Origin: Convolutriloba macropyga
Taxonomy: Eukaryota
NCBI RefSeq assembly: GCF_964194025.1
Contig: NC_134472.1
Coordinates: 67,518,001-67,582,000 of the forward strand
Length of the DNA stretch: 64,000 bases
Direction of reading: 5' to 3'
The position numbers and the translations under genes are program-made. Shown here in pieces: positions 36,251-47,200 of the stretch (positions are counted from its first letter, which is position 1; each line of letters begins with the position of its first letter). The notes beneath the pieces are model-generated. The model saw nothing but the letters and a program-made list of their open reading frames with translations. It had not been told where the DNA came from and made no database searches.

Positions 36251-38649
36251 ACTGTTATAGACTAACTACATTTTCGCTCATTCGGAACAATTCTAGTCTA
36301 TAGTTGTTACACTCATGAACAGTTTGTTGTTCATGAGTGTAATCTTACATATATACGCAGTCAAGTTTGAAAACTAAATGAAAATAGAAACGGCTTAATT
36401 CCCTGCAGCGTTTATTTAAATTCCTCTGCGATTTGATCTGTTTAAACTACCCTGCTATTTGATGCCAATTACACGAAAAATTTATGCGATTGCAGATTAA
36501 TTCAGATTGGTTTTAACGCCATTCAAATTATACTCGGATTTGTAGAACATTAATCGCAACTACGATTTTCATCAAAATTGCTCTTTTTAAAAAAAATTTC
36601 ATATTTGCTCCTTTTTTTGAAAAAAATACATTAAATCTTGTTGTAGCCTATCATTTTAATTTAATTGAGGTCATGGGGTTTCAGTGCGGCAATTATTCTG
36701 CAAGCTGAAGACTATGCTTTTTTGCGCCCTCATTTTTGTTGTTTGTTATCTCATTGAGTTCAATTAAAGCTGGTTCGTGTGGCTTCTGGGTGCACATATC
36801 TCTCTGGAGTTACAAGTTTGCCGAGTAAACATGAAGAGCGAAAAACAAAGAAAACGGTTTTTATTCATTTTCCTGAGAGAGAATGAGAAAAGTAAGTGTG
36901 CAAAAATTTGGTTAATCGGGCGTTCTATATCCGTGCGGCATTTCAAAGCTGTCTTTTCGTTTTAACTTACTTCTGTTGGATATTAATATCAGCCCTTAAA
37001 ATGGGGTTTTGTTCTTTAGTTTTTTTTATAATACGCCGAAACTGAACTACGTAGTAAACTTCTTTCCAATCTTCTACCTTGTTGCAGTCAAGTTATGTCA
37101 GTGCTACGTAAATATAGCATAGGAAGTGCTATATTTAACTTGTTTTGTCTAATTCATGGTTCTTCTCATGTTTAAGTCAGTTTGGCCATTTATTAAATGT
37201 TTTTTTAATTAAAAAATGATGATATTTTGCATGTTTTTAAATCAACATAGGGTGGTTTTTGGAGATGTCTAGTCAATTGCTCTACAATATTTCTTTTTTT
37301 ATTTTCAGGTCTTTGAATTTTAGGTTTCGCATGATCTAAATTGTGCTCTCATTCAGAATTTTAAGCAGCTAAACTCAAGAACTGGCGGCAAAAATTTCTA
37401 TGAAATAATGTGTTAAAGCTAGTTTCACTTTTCACATTAAATCTTAATAGTGATCTGTAAATCTTATAAAGTCATTTGAAGCCCACAGTGAACTTACCCC
37501 CAGAGGCAACCCCAAGCAAATCAGACGTGGAGTGACCGCCAGCCATTCGTCAGGCGTTAGTCAGTTTTGTTTGCTGATACAGAAATTTGATATTGGGGCG
37601 TTGGAATTTGAACAATTTTTTATCCTGTTGGCCTTCTGTCCTGTTTGTTTGTTTTGTTGTCCTAATGGGCGACCGAATATTGTTTTTATGGATGGTTTGA
37701 TCCAGGATTGATTAGTTCTTATAATATATTTGATGTTTTTTAGTTTTATCTTCCTGAGAATTTAAAGGTTATAGTTGCTTTGGTTTTGAATTAGAGGCAT
37801 ACTGGTCATTTTTGTTTTTGTTCCAATATATACCCCTGTTTCCCTAATTTGATCTTCTCAATATTGCGCTGAAAGCATTTGCAAGCGGAAAATGATAAAT
37901 GGTTCCTTTAAGCGCAAATTAGCGAATGCAAAATAATATCAGTAGACAACAAAAGTTAATAGTTGAGACGCTTATCGATTTTCGCCAATGCTTTTTTATT
38001 GGAGACTATACCAACCGTTTATCTAAGTCATTTTTTGTTGCATTATGTTTGATTTTTTGTTGCATTTTTTGTTGCATTAAGTTATGTTTGATTTAAGGAG
38101 TTTCATTTGAGGGAGTGCGTACAGTTTATAAGTGCAGTTTCTCAAAAATTGAAAGGGTTGAAAGTGATTTTTTGTGGTGATAAAAACTAGCTGAGCATCG
38201 TAGATGATTTTAAAGGGACTTCGGTGACAAGTCTTCTGTCGTTGAAAAGGATTCCTCAACGATGCTAGTTCAAAGTGATGAAAATATCTTTCAAATGATT
38301 CTTCTACTGATATAGAAGTCAAGGCGTTTCTGGTTCTGTATGAGCCCCCAGTTTTGCGCCTGTGCTTTTAAATTTGTCGATGAGAATGGTTAGTTATAAA
38401 TGATGTTTCTGCATAGCTTTTTAAAGCGTTTTTCGCTATTCCTTCAGGTATGATTAGTTAAGATTTTATTGCACGACTCCTGTTTTTTTTTTTAGCTAAC
38501 GCAAGTTTGTTCATGACTTGAACTTTGTCCTTTCTTTTTGAAGATTGTTTTCTGTTTTAGAACGCCGACGTCCATTTTCGAATATTGGGTTATAAAAGTA
38601 GCTGAGAAGTTTTGATCCCATAACAGTCCCTCCTCGGTGCAAACTACAG

Positions 38650-38850
38650 ACAGCCCCCCACCTACCTACACCAACCTATCTACCCCCCCCCCACACACAC
38701 ACACAAGCACAAAACACCACCTCCATCTGCCACCCCTACCTACCCCCGAAAACCTATCCGCCAAGCTACCCCTCGACACCCAACTACCCAATGCCCCCCC
38801 CCCCCCCCCCCCCCATCGAAAGCCCTCCCCCTCGACTGCTCTCACACCAC
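38650..38850. repeat. C/A-rich low-complexity tract with a long poly-C run
   Basis: Seen directly in the sequence. Confidence 0.8.
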
Positions 38851-38922
38851 AAAATAAAAAATTATGTCTGCATATTTTGAACACTTTCTATATTTTTATT
38901 GGGCAATTAACTGTTGTTTTTA

Positions 38923-39982
38923 ATAGCCGCACAGCGATAGCTGGGGCTATTATTGGCCTTCTATTGGATTTTTACTATTCAAAGAATTTGAATAGTATTG
39001 GGGCGCTGTCTTTTTTAAGATCTGTTCACACATTTTCATGATTTTTGAAGTCAAATTGGAGTAGTGATTTTGGTCACGCCGAAACAGGAAATGGAGCGAA
39101 AAAGCGAGTGGTTTTGCGGCGTGAATTTTTCTCGCTCTAATTTTAAAGTACAGTGAGAAAACGGTGTTTGAACAAAACTTCGGTTTCTCGGTAGTGGTTT
39201 TTTGTTCTCATGCGGCAATTTCACTCTTATTTTTTACTGTTTTTTCGATTTTTTGGATCGGGTTTTTTTTTAAATGGTTTTCCCAATCCATTCACAGCTC
39301 ATTCTAGGCCTAGTTTTTTTTGAATTAACTTTTTATTTCTCGCTAGTGGTTTTTTTTGTTCACATGTGGAGTTTTGACATTGATTTTCTGTTTTTTTCTT
39401 ATTTTTTATCTGATTTTTTAAAAAATGGTTTTCTCAATTCACTCATAGTCCATTCTAGGTCTAGTTTTCTGTTTAGTCAATGAAAATTCTTTGAATTGTA
39501 CGTCATTCGACTTGTCCTGCTATGTTTTTTATTTCGTCGCGATTTTCGTTACGACCATATGACGTCACAACCATTTCAAATCTGCTTTTTGTTCATTCGT
39601 TCATGCAATTTCAACTGAAGTACGTGTGTGACGTGATTTTTCGCTCTTGACGGAGCGAGTTTTTTGTTCATTCGCGTGATTAAAATTTTGGTCACACTTG
39701 AATTTCCTCACTATCAAAAATGACTTTCTCACTTTGAAATTGACTTTTATTTACTTTAATTGAAAAGAGATAAGGTCAAATGGGTGTGTGTCACTCTAAA
39801 TGAAGGTTATTTGAGAGCAGCTAATAGAGTCAGCAAAAACTTATACAGATTTTTCATCAAAATATAACATAGCCTTCAATGAAAAGACGAATTTTTGCGG
39901 TCTGTCTTTTTTTACTGTTTTTTTGAGACTGCAGATCTACGAAGCTTTTGCGGCTATTTTCTGGGCAATCTGCCAGCTATGT
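38923..39982 (+). mobile_element. HINE-like element, family B2
   Basis: 5' hairpin atagccgcacagc-gata-gctggggctat; 3' gcggctat plus ggca-atc-tgcc stem-loop; homologous to 41346-42300. Confidence 0.72.
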
Positions 39983-41111
39983 TCTTAATTTCCTTTTCTC
40001 TTCAATAGTTTTGACTTAGGTAAGCTTAATTAAGAGTTTATACCGCACGTTCTCCGAGTCGTCTCCGGTATTCTACCGACTGCTTTGACTTCCTTTTGAT
40101 AGACTTTTTTGTCACACTTGACTTCTGAGTTTTAGGTTAACGATATTGAGAGAACAGTTCAATTGCTCACGATAAATTGCGGCGCTTGACTGAGGAAATT
40201 TTACGTTAAAAATGCAACATAGGGTTGTAAGAGTGATCTATATCAACCTTTTTGAGAGATGGCAAATACTCTAATGCCTTCATTTACCGCTTTATGACCA
40301 ACCCCCCCCCCCTCGAAACCAGCGAAGTTAGAATACCCCTACCACCTTAATGATCTAGAATCTCCAGCTAAACCGAGTCTACAATCGAAAAGAGTTGTCG
40401 AAGTTTGAGTTCAATTCGCCGATTTAGTCGGTTATGTTATTCCTCGTGTATTTATTTGGATTTGACTGGCTTGATGTCAATATAACTCGAAGGACAGGCG
40501 AGCTCTCAATTTGAGATGAGAGGTATTTTCCTATCACTTGATGTTTTAATCAGTCAATATGGCTACGCAGTTTAAACTGAAACCATCTTGCTATCAGGTT
40601 CTGAGACTAATTCAACTAGATAAACACATTAGTCATATTTATTTTGTGATTGGCTTTGACACTGATAGGCATTGAAATATTTCCAGTGCTCATTGCCTTC
40701 AACGTTGATTACGTAATCTAGCCAGCGAAGAATGATTGTTGACAAATGAAGTGATGAAATTGATAATGAAGGTCGAATTGGTTTCAGATTCTGTTTGAAG
40801 GTTGTTTCCTGCTGGTGTGTTCTAGCCGAATTGCGTCTGTGAACTTGTACCAAAGTGAACTGTTGTTGAACCCTTGAACAAAGCTGTTGTTTACCTGAAG
40901 TGACTTATCAATCAACAGAATTTATCATCAACTATTTTATCACAACCTCAGGAGTTTATTGGCTGTCCGTTGATTTCTCTAAACGTTTAATCGTGCAAAA
41001 TTGCGATTTTTTTTGCTTATAATCGCTTAATAAATAGTATTGTTCTACGGAAATCTCTGTAATTTTAATCTGTTGTTACTGACTTGCGTATTGAGTAATA
41101 TAAGTGAAAAC

Positions 41112-41293
41112 ATGCCAGAAGAAGTTAATGGACACGCACACAATGGTACGTCGGTTGAGGAGACGGGACCAGAATCCTTCGGGTACTTTTCAGCAGGGCC
41201 CTCCAAGTTGCCTCATGATGTGATGTTGAAAGCACAGAAGGAGTTTTTGAACTATGGCAACAGTCGAGTCAGTGTAATGGAACTAAGTCACAG
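41112..41293 (+). CDS. PSAT1: PSAT1 exon 1
   Basis: aaacATG; encodes [38 protein letters not shown], then a donor. Confidence 0.92.
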
Positions 41294-44200
41294 GTTGGCA
41301 CTTCTCTTTTTAATTGCTCTGGAAAGAGGTTTGAAACAATTATTAACAGCCGCACAGCGATAGCTGGGGCTATTATTGGCCTTCTCTTGGTTTTTTACAA
41401 TTCAAAGAATTTGAATTGTATTGGGGCGCTGTCTTTATTACAATTCAAAGAATTTGATTACAATTCAAAGAATTTGAATTGTATTGGGGCTCTGTCTGTT
41501 TTTAAGATCTGTTCATACATTTTCATGATTTTTGAAGTAGTGATTTTGGTCACGCCGAAACAGGAAGTGGAGCGAAAAAGCGAGTGACTTTTCGGCGTGA
41601 AATTTTTTCGCTCTAAATTTAAAGTAGAGTGAGAAAACGGTGTTTGAACAAAAACTCGCAACATGGTTTTTTGTTAACATGCGGCAATTTCACTTTGATT
41701 TTTTTTACTGTTTTTTTTTCGATTTTTTGGATCAGATTTTTTTTTCTAAAGGGTTTTCCCAAACCATTCATAGTCCCTTCTAGGTCTAGTTTTTCTGTTT
41801 AGTTAATGAAAATTCTTTGAATTGAACGTCAGGACTTGTCCTGCTATGTTTTTTTATTTCGTCGTCGCGATTTTTGTTACGACCATATGACGTCACAATC
41901 ACTTTAGATCTGCTTTTTGTTCGTTCGTTCATGCAATTTCAATTGAAGTGCGTGCGTGACGTCATTTTTCGCTCTTAGTGGAGCGAGTTTTTTTGTTCAT
42001 TTGCGTGATTAAATTTTTGGTCACACTTACCTCACTCACAAAGATGACTTCCCTTTTTTGAAATTGACGTTTATTTACTTTAATTCAAAGAGATAAGGTC
42101 AAATGGGTGTGTGTCGCTCTAAATGAAGGTTATTAAAGAGCAGTTAATAGAGGCAGAAAAAACTTATAAAGATTTTTAATCGAAATATAACATAGCCTTC
42201 AATGAAAAGACGAATTTTTTTGGTCTGTCTTACTGTTTTTTTTGAGACTGCAGATCTACGAAGCTATTGCAGCTATTTTCTGGCAATCTGCCAGGTATGT
42301 TTGTAAAGGGATGTTTTTTATGCAAAATTTTTGCTGGACCGTTTGCCTGGAATATTTGTTCGATTTCACTTCTCGGCCGACTTTTTCACGTTTGACTTTT
42401 TTTTTCAATTGAGCGTGATTTAAATTGAGCTCATTCAGAAATTAAGCCTTTTCCTATAATAAACCCGATTGTGATATATCACCGTTTATAGCCCGTTTAA
42501 TTTAGTGGTTACTGTGCAGGGATGGTATTGGGAGGGCGCGGGTTCGAACCCCTCCCTAGTTAGAAGTTTTTGCATCATAAAATTTCTCTAGCCTATGCGC
42601 CCTTCTAAATTGTTTGCTTCGCCATTCATTTGAGAGAACTTCGTACGACGTTTTTCGGCTTATGTTTAACTAACCCAAAATCATGAAGCTGAACTCTTAG
42701 TATAATTATTGTTCGGCCGGTCCTTCATTGTTTATTGTTGTGGTCCGAAAAGATAGCCTAGGAATAAATTATGGGAAGCGGATCAGTCACTGGTAACGTT
42801 GGGCAGTCAGAAACGTTTCCTGTATTTCCCCTGCTAGTAGTAGTTTTTCTTTCTGTTCACTTACATTCCTTTACTATTCCATTTTTTTGTCAAATATCAA
42901 GAATTTTAGGTATGAGAAAATTTTGGCAACTTAAGAATAATTTTTAAAAAATGTGTTGCTGAAGCTAGAATTTGCGTAGTCCGAAAACAAGAAAATACGC
43001 AGTGAATATTATTTTTAACCGTTATTTTAGCGCTGCTTGCTTATGCGTTTGACCTATACTGTCCTTATTTTTTAAACCCGTAGACCTATAGCAGATATAT
43101 GGTGCCACCGTTTTTCATAGCTGCGATAGCTGTCCGGATCGATTACTGGCATTTTGTGTACTTGTTTGTCGTTCTGCGTCTGTAACTTTTTCTTTACGCT
43201 AGTTCTTTCATTCAATATGCCTCCCTATTTTGAGTGCGTGACGTCATAATCACTCTCATTGGAGTTTATTTGTATTTGCATGAGTAGTTTTTTCGACACA
43301 TTCAATTTACCTCAAACTCAATTATTTCCGCTTACTTCTTTCGGAGGATCAAAGGTCAACTGATATATTCGATGAATGTCATTTTGGCAGTATCATTTTG
43401 ACATAGAGCGCTTCTTCCGTATCCAATACAACCCTTCCCTTAGAAGTGTAGGAGTAGGGGAATCCTAACTTATTATCTAAATACGCCTTTCCCTTTAAAA
43501 CATTAGGTATATATTTTTTACTGTAATGGAAGCATATCGAGAAATCAACTGTAATATAGACAATCAACAAAGCTTATGAAGCTAAAACGTGGTTACATAC
43601 AAATCATGACTTCTACATTTCCGATTTCATTTTGAACGCTTTAACTTTTCCTTATATGATTATACTTGATATAATGACCTCTAAATACTGCTGTGTCCTA
43701 CATATCTCCCCCTCCTGAGTGTCGGAGACCCAAAATAACGCAAAAATAGAATACCCACCAAAATTCGCAAAATACCCAGAATATCGTAGAATAACCACCA
43801 AAACTCGCAAAATATCCCGAATATCGTAGAATATCCAGCAAAATAATACCCAGATCGTCCCATAGGTTGCCCACATCGTCCGATAACTCGTCCACATCGC
43901 CCAGTAGGTTGTCCACGTCGCCCAATAGTAAAATAATCTAAAAGAAAACCTAAAATAACCAAAATTGTCAAAAATAATGAAAAATAAGCAAAAATGGCAA
44001 GCAAATAATGAAATAAAACAAATGAAGTGTTTTAATGTCAATAACTGGTTACGAAAAAGCAAAATATGCAGAATCGGGCCAATTTTCGTCATGTAAGATG
44101 ACAAAATAATATCGAAAATGGTTAAAATCGGCCAAATTTTGGAGAAATTTTGTTCTTTTCAGTATGAAACTTGCCTGAACGAATATTTAACTTTTGTAAA

Positions 44201-47200
44201 TAACAGCAGCTATGATTTTTGACAATTCAAAGGGGAGTCAAGGGGACAAAAGTGTAATAACTAACCTAAAAAAATATAAATGGGGAGAATAATGTTGCAA
44301 ACTGAATCTGCAAATTTAAAATAAAAGCTGCAATTATGTTAACAAAAAGGCAAAGTTGTTCAATCAGTGCTCAGTTTATCAGAATCTATGCGCACTTGCT
44401 TGACATTAAGAGGGCTTTTGCAAGTTGAGCAGAGCCATGAGCCTTTTGGATGCGCTCTTAAGCCAACACAATCTAAATGAAACCATTTAATGAGGCAATT
44501 TTTGTTACAACATTTGAGCATTGCTCGATTGTATGGCTCATTGCAAAGACAATAGCGCTCTTGTGAAATTGATTGTGTCTCAACATTGTTGTTAGTTTGG
44601 CTCTCTTTTGTAGAAATTTTTGGTTCATCGCTCTTGTTAACGGCTAAAGGTAATTTGCATGGTTTTAACCTTTGTATACTAACTGTTTGGATCAAACCAT
44701 TCACTTTTATTTGGGCTGTGTTCAACTCATGATTGAAAGAGACTATTTCATGTGGACCTGAATATGGAGCTTCTAATGGTTGTTTCACACGATCAATGCG
44801 TAGCCAAACATGAGAGCATTTAGAAAGTTCTTTTGGAATAAAGACATTGTCTTTGGAACTTGATTTTGTTTTTCTCTCCGAAGTGAAAACTAAAAGGTCT
44901 AAATGACTTTGTAGCTGGCGAATATACTCAAATGACAGTTTTTCTAATTTACCGCTGACTATTGAGTTTGGGATTAGAACATCAAGACCAGTGGTGGCTG
45001 ATAGTGCAGAAATTCCATTTTCGTCAGGTTTAATTCGAATTCCAAACAGAACAATAGGCAAGGCTCTGAGCCAATCGCTTTTAGCCGACTTTAAAGCCTC
45101 TTTAAGTGTTCTATGAAATCTTTCTATCTGACCGTTTGATTGAGGATGATAAGCAGTTGTTCTTAGCCGACAAAAACCAATAGTTTTTGCTAAGCATTCG
45201 AAGAGTTCACTTTCGAATTGAGAACCTCTGTCTGTTGTTAAGTACAAAGGCACGCCAAATCTAGAGAACCACGAATTTAGGAAGGCATCACTTATAACAT
45301 CAGCTGTAGTTGATGATACAGGTTGTGCTTCCACCCATTTTGTCATTCTGTCTGTAAATGTTACAAGATACCTATGAGGAGAATCTGGAACTGCAGAAAG
45401 TGGTCCCACTATATCTAAATGTATATGGCTGAACCTGGTAATACCGTCATTAAACTGGCATGTCCTAGGTTTTATGTGTCTTGAGATCTTGTTTTGTTGG
45501 CATTGTAAACATTCTTTGCACCAAATTTTGATATTTTGACCAGCTTTGGGCCATGTAAATCTGGCTAGTATCATCCTTTTTGTAACTTTCCAATCAGGAT
45601 GACATAAGTCATGGAACTGGCTGAAAATAGGAAAGCGACAATCCGGAGGTAAAATAGGTCGTGGAACGACAGATTTATCACAGAGAAGTTTTTCTTTGCC
45701 AATATCAACTTCTTGTACTCCGTTCAAGTATTCATTAATCATCTGAGTACGAAAATCTTCTGATTGTCTTTTCGCTAATTCTGGCAAATCAAAAACGTCG
45801 ATGTAGACGCTGGATACGATTTGGGATTGTTCTTTGGTCTCAACTGATGGAGGACGAGATAAACAGTCGGCAACAATATTTTCCGAACCGGACAAATGGT
45901 GAATTTCGTCTATATATTCAGCTATAAAAGAAATCTGTCTGGCTTGTCGAGGACTGTGGTTATTGGACGAACTAGTTCGACGAAAAGTGCAAGCTATAGG
46001 TTTGTGGTCTGTGAAGACAACGGTTTTTCTGCCTTCTATGAGATAACGAAATTTAACAGTGGCAGCATAAATTGCAAGCAATTCTTTGTCGAATGTGCTA
46101 TAATTGCGTTCTGCTTGACTTAGGCGTCTGGAGAAAAACGCTAGTGGTCGATTTTTGTCTGAACTAGATACCTCATGAAGAGCTGCACCAATGGCTGTTT
46201 CCGACGCATCAGTTGTTAATGACAAGGTAGTATCTGGTGATAAATGGTGAAGAAGTACTGATTTGCTCAAGGCCTGTTTAAGTTTACTGAAAGATTCTGA
46301 ATGCTGGTGAAACCAATCATAAGTGGGTTCAATGGTATGCAAAACCAAATTGTTTTTGTTTCTTCTTTTTCTCTTTATTGGTTGACTTTCATTAAGAAGT
46401 TGCTGTAAAGGCTCAATAATTTGTGCATATTGTGGAATGTGCTTCCTGTAAAAAGAAAACATTCCCATTATTCTTCGGAGCTCTTTGTAGTTTTTTGGTT
46501 CTTCTAAACCAATCAGACTTTCAATCTTTGAAGCAAGTGGTTGAATTCCTTCAGATGAAATTTCAAATCCTAAGAAATCGACAGTTGCTTGAAGCCATTT
46601 GAACTTGGTTAGGTTTACACGCAAGCCATACTCAGTTAATCTTGTCAATAGGAGATCAAGTGTTTCAAGATGCGACTCAATATCAGAGGATGCTACCAAT
46701 ACGTCGTCTGAGTACACAAACACATCTTTTATATTCTGAACAACTTCGTGAATGAATCTTTGAAATGTTTTCCCGGCATTTTTGAGACCAACTGGCATTC
46801 TGATAAATTCGAACAAACCAAAAGGTGTAGTTACAGCTGTCTTTTTTATGTCATCCGAGTGAATTGTATCTGATGGTATGCTTTGACCAAGTCAAGTTTG
46901 CTGAAAGTTGTTCTGCCATTAAGTTCAACCATTGAAAGTTGAGGCATTGGATAACTGTCTCTGACAGTTATGTGATTTAAAGATCTATAGTCACCGCAGG
47001 GTCTCCAATCGCCAATTTCTTTCTTCGGAACCATATGCAAAGGTGAGGAGTAAGGACTCTTGGATGGTCGTATTATACCAAGCCGTTGCATTTCATCAAA
47101 AGCATTTTTGGCAATTTTTAGTTTTTCTGGTGTCAACTGTCTTGGTTTAGAGAAAACTGGTTTACCGGATGTTTCAATTCTGTGGACTGTTTTATGTTTT

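Noticed and set aside
38637-39041. Pro-rich 134-aa ORF
   Set aside because: Produced by a C-rich low-complexity tract (possibly a poorly resolved sequencing region) running into a repeat element.
42491-42560. Functional tRNA gene
   Set aside because: A B box is present, but the acceptor and anticodon stems do not pair.
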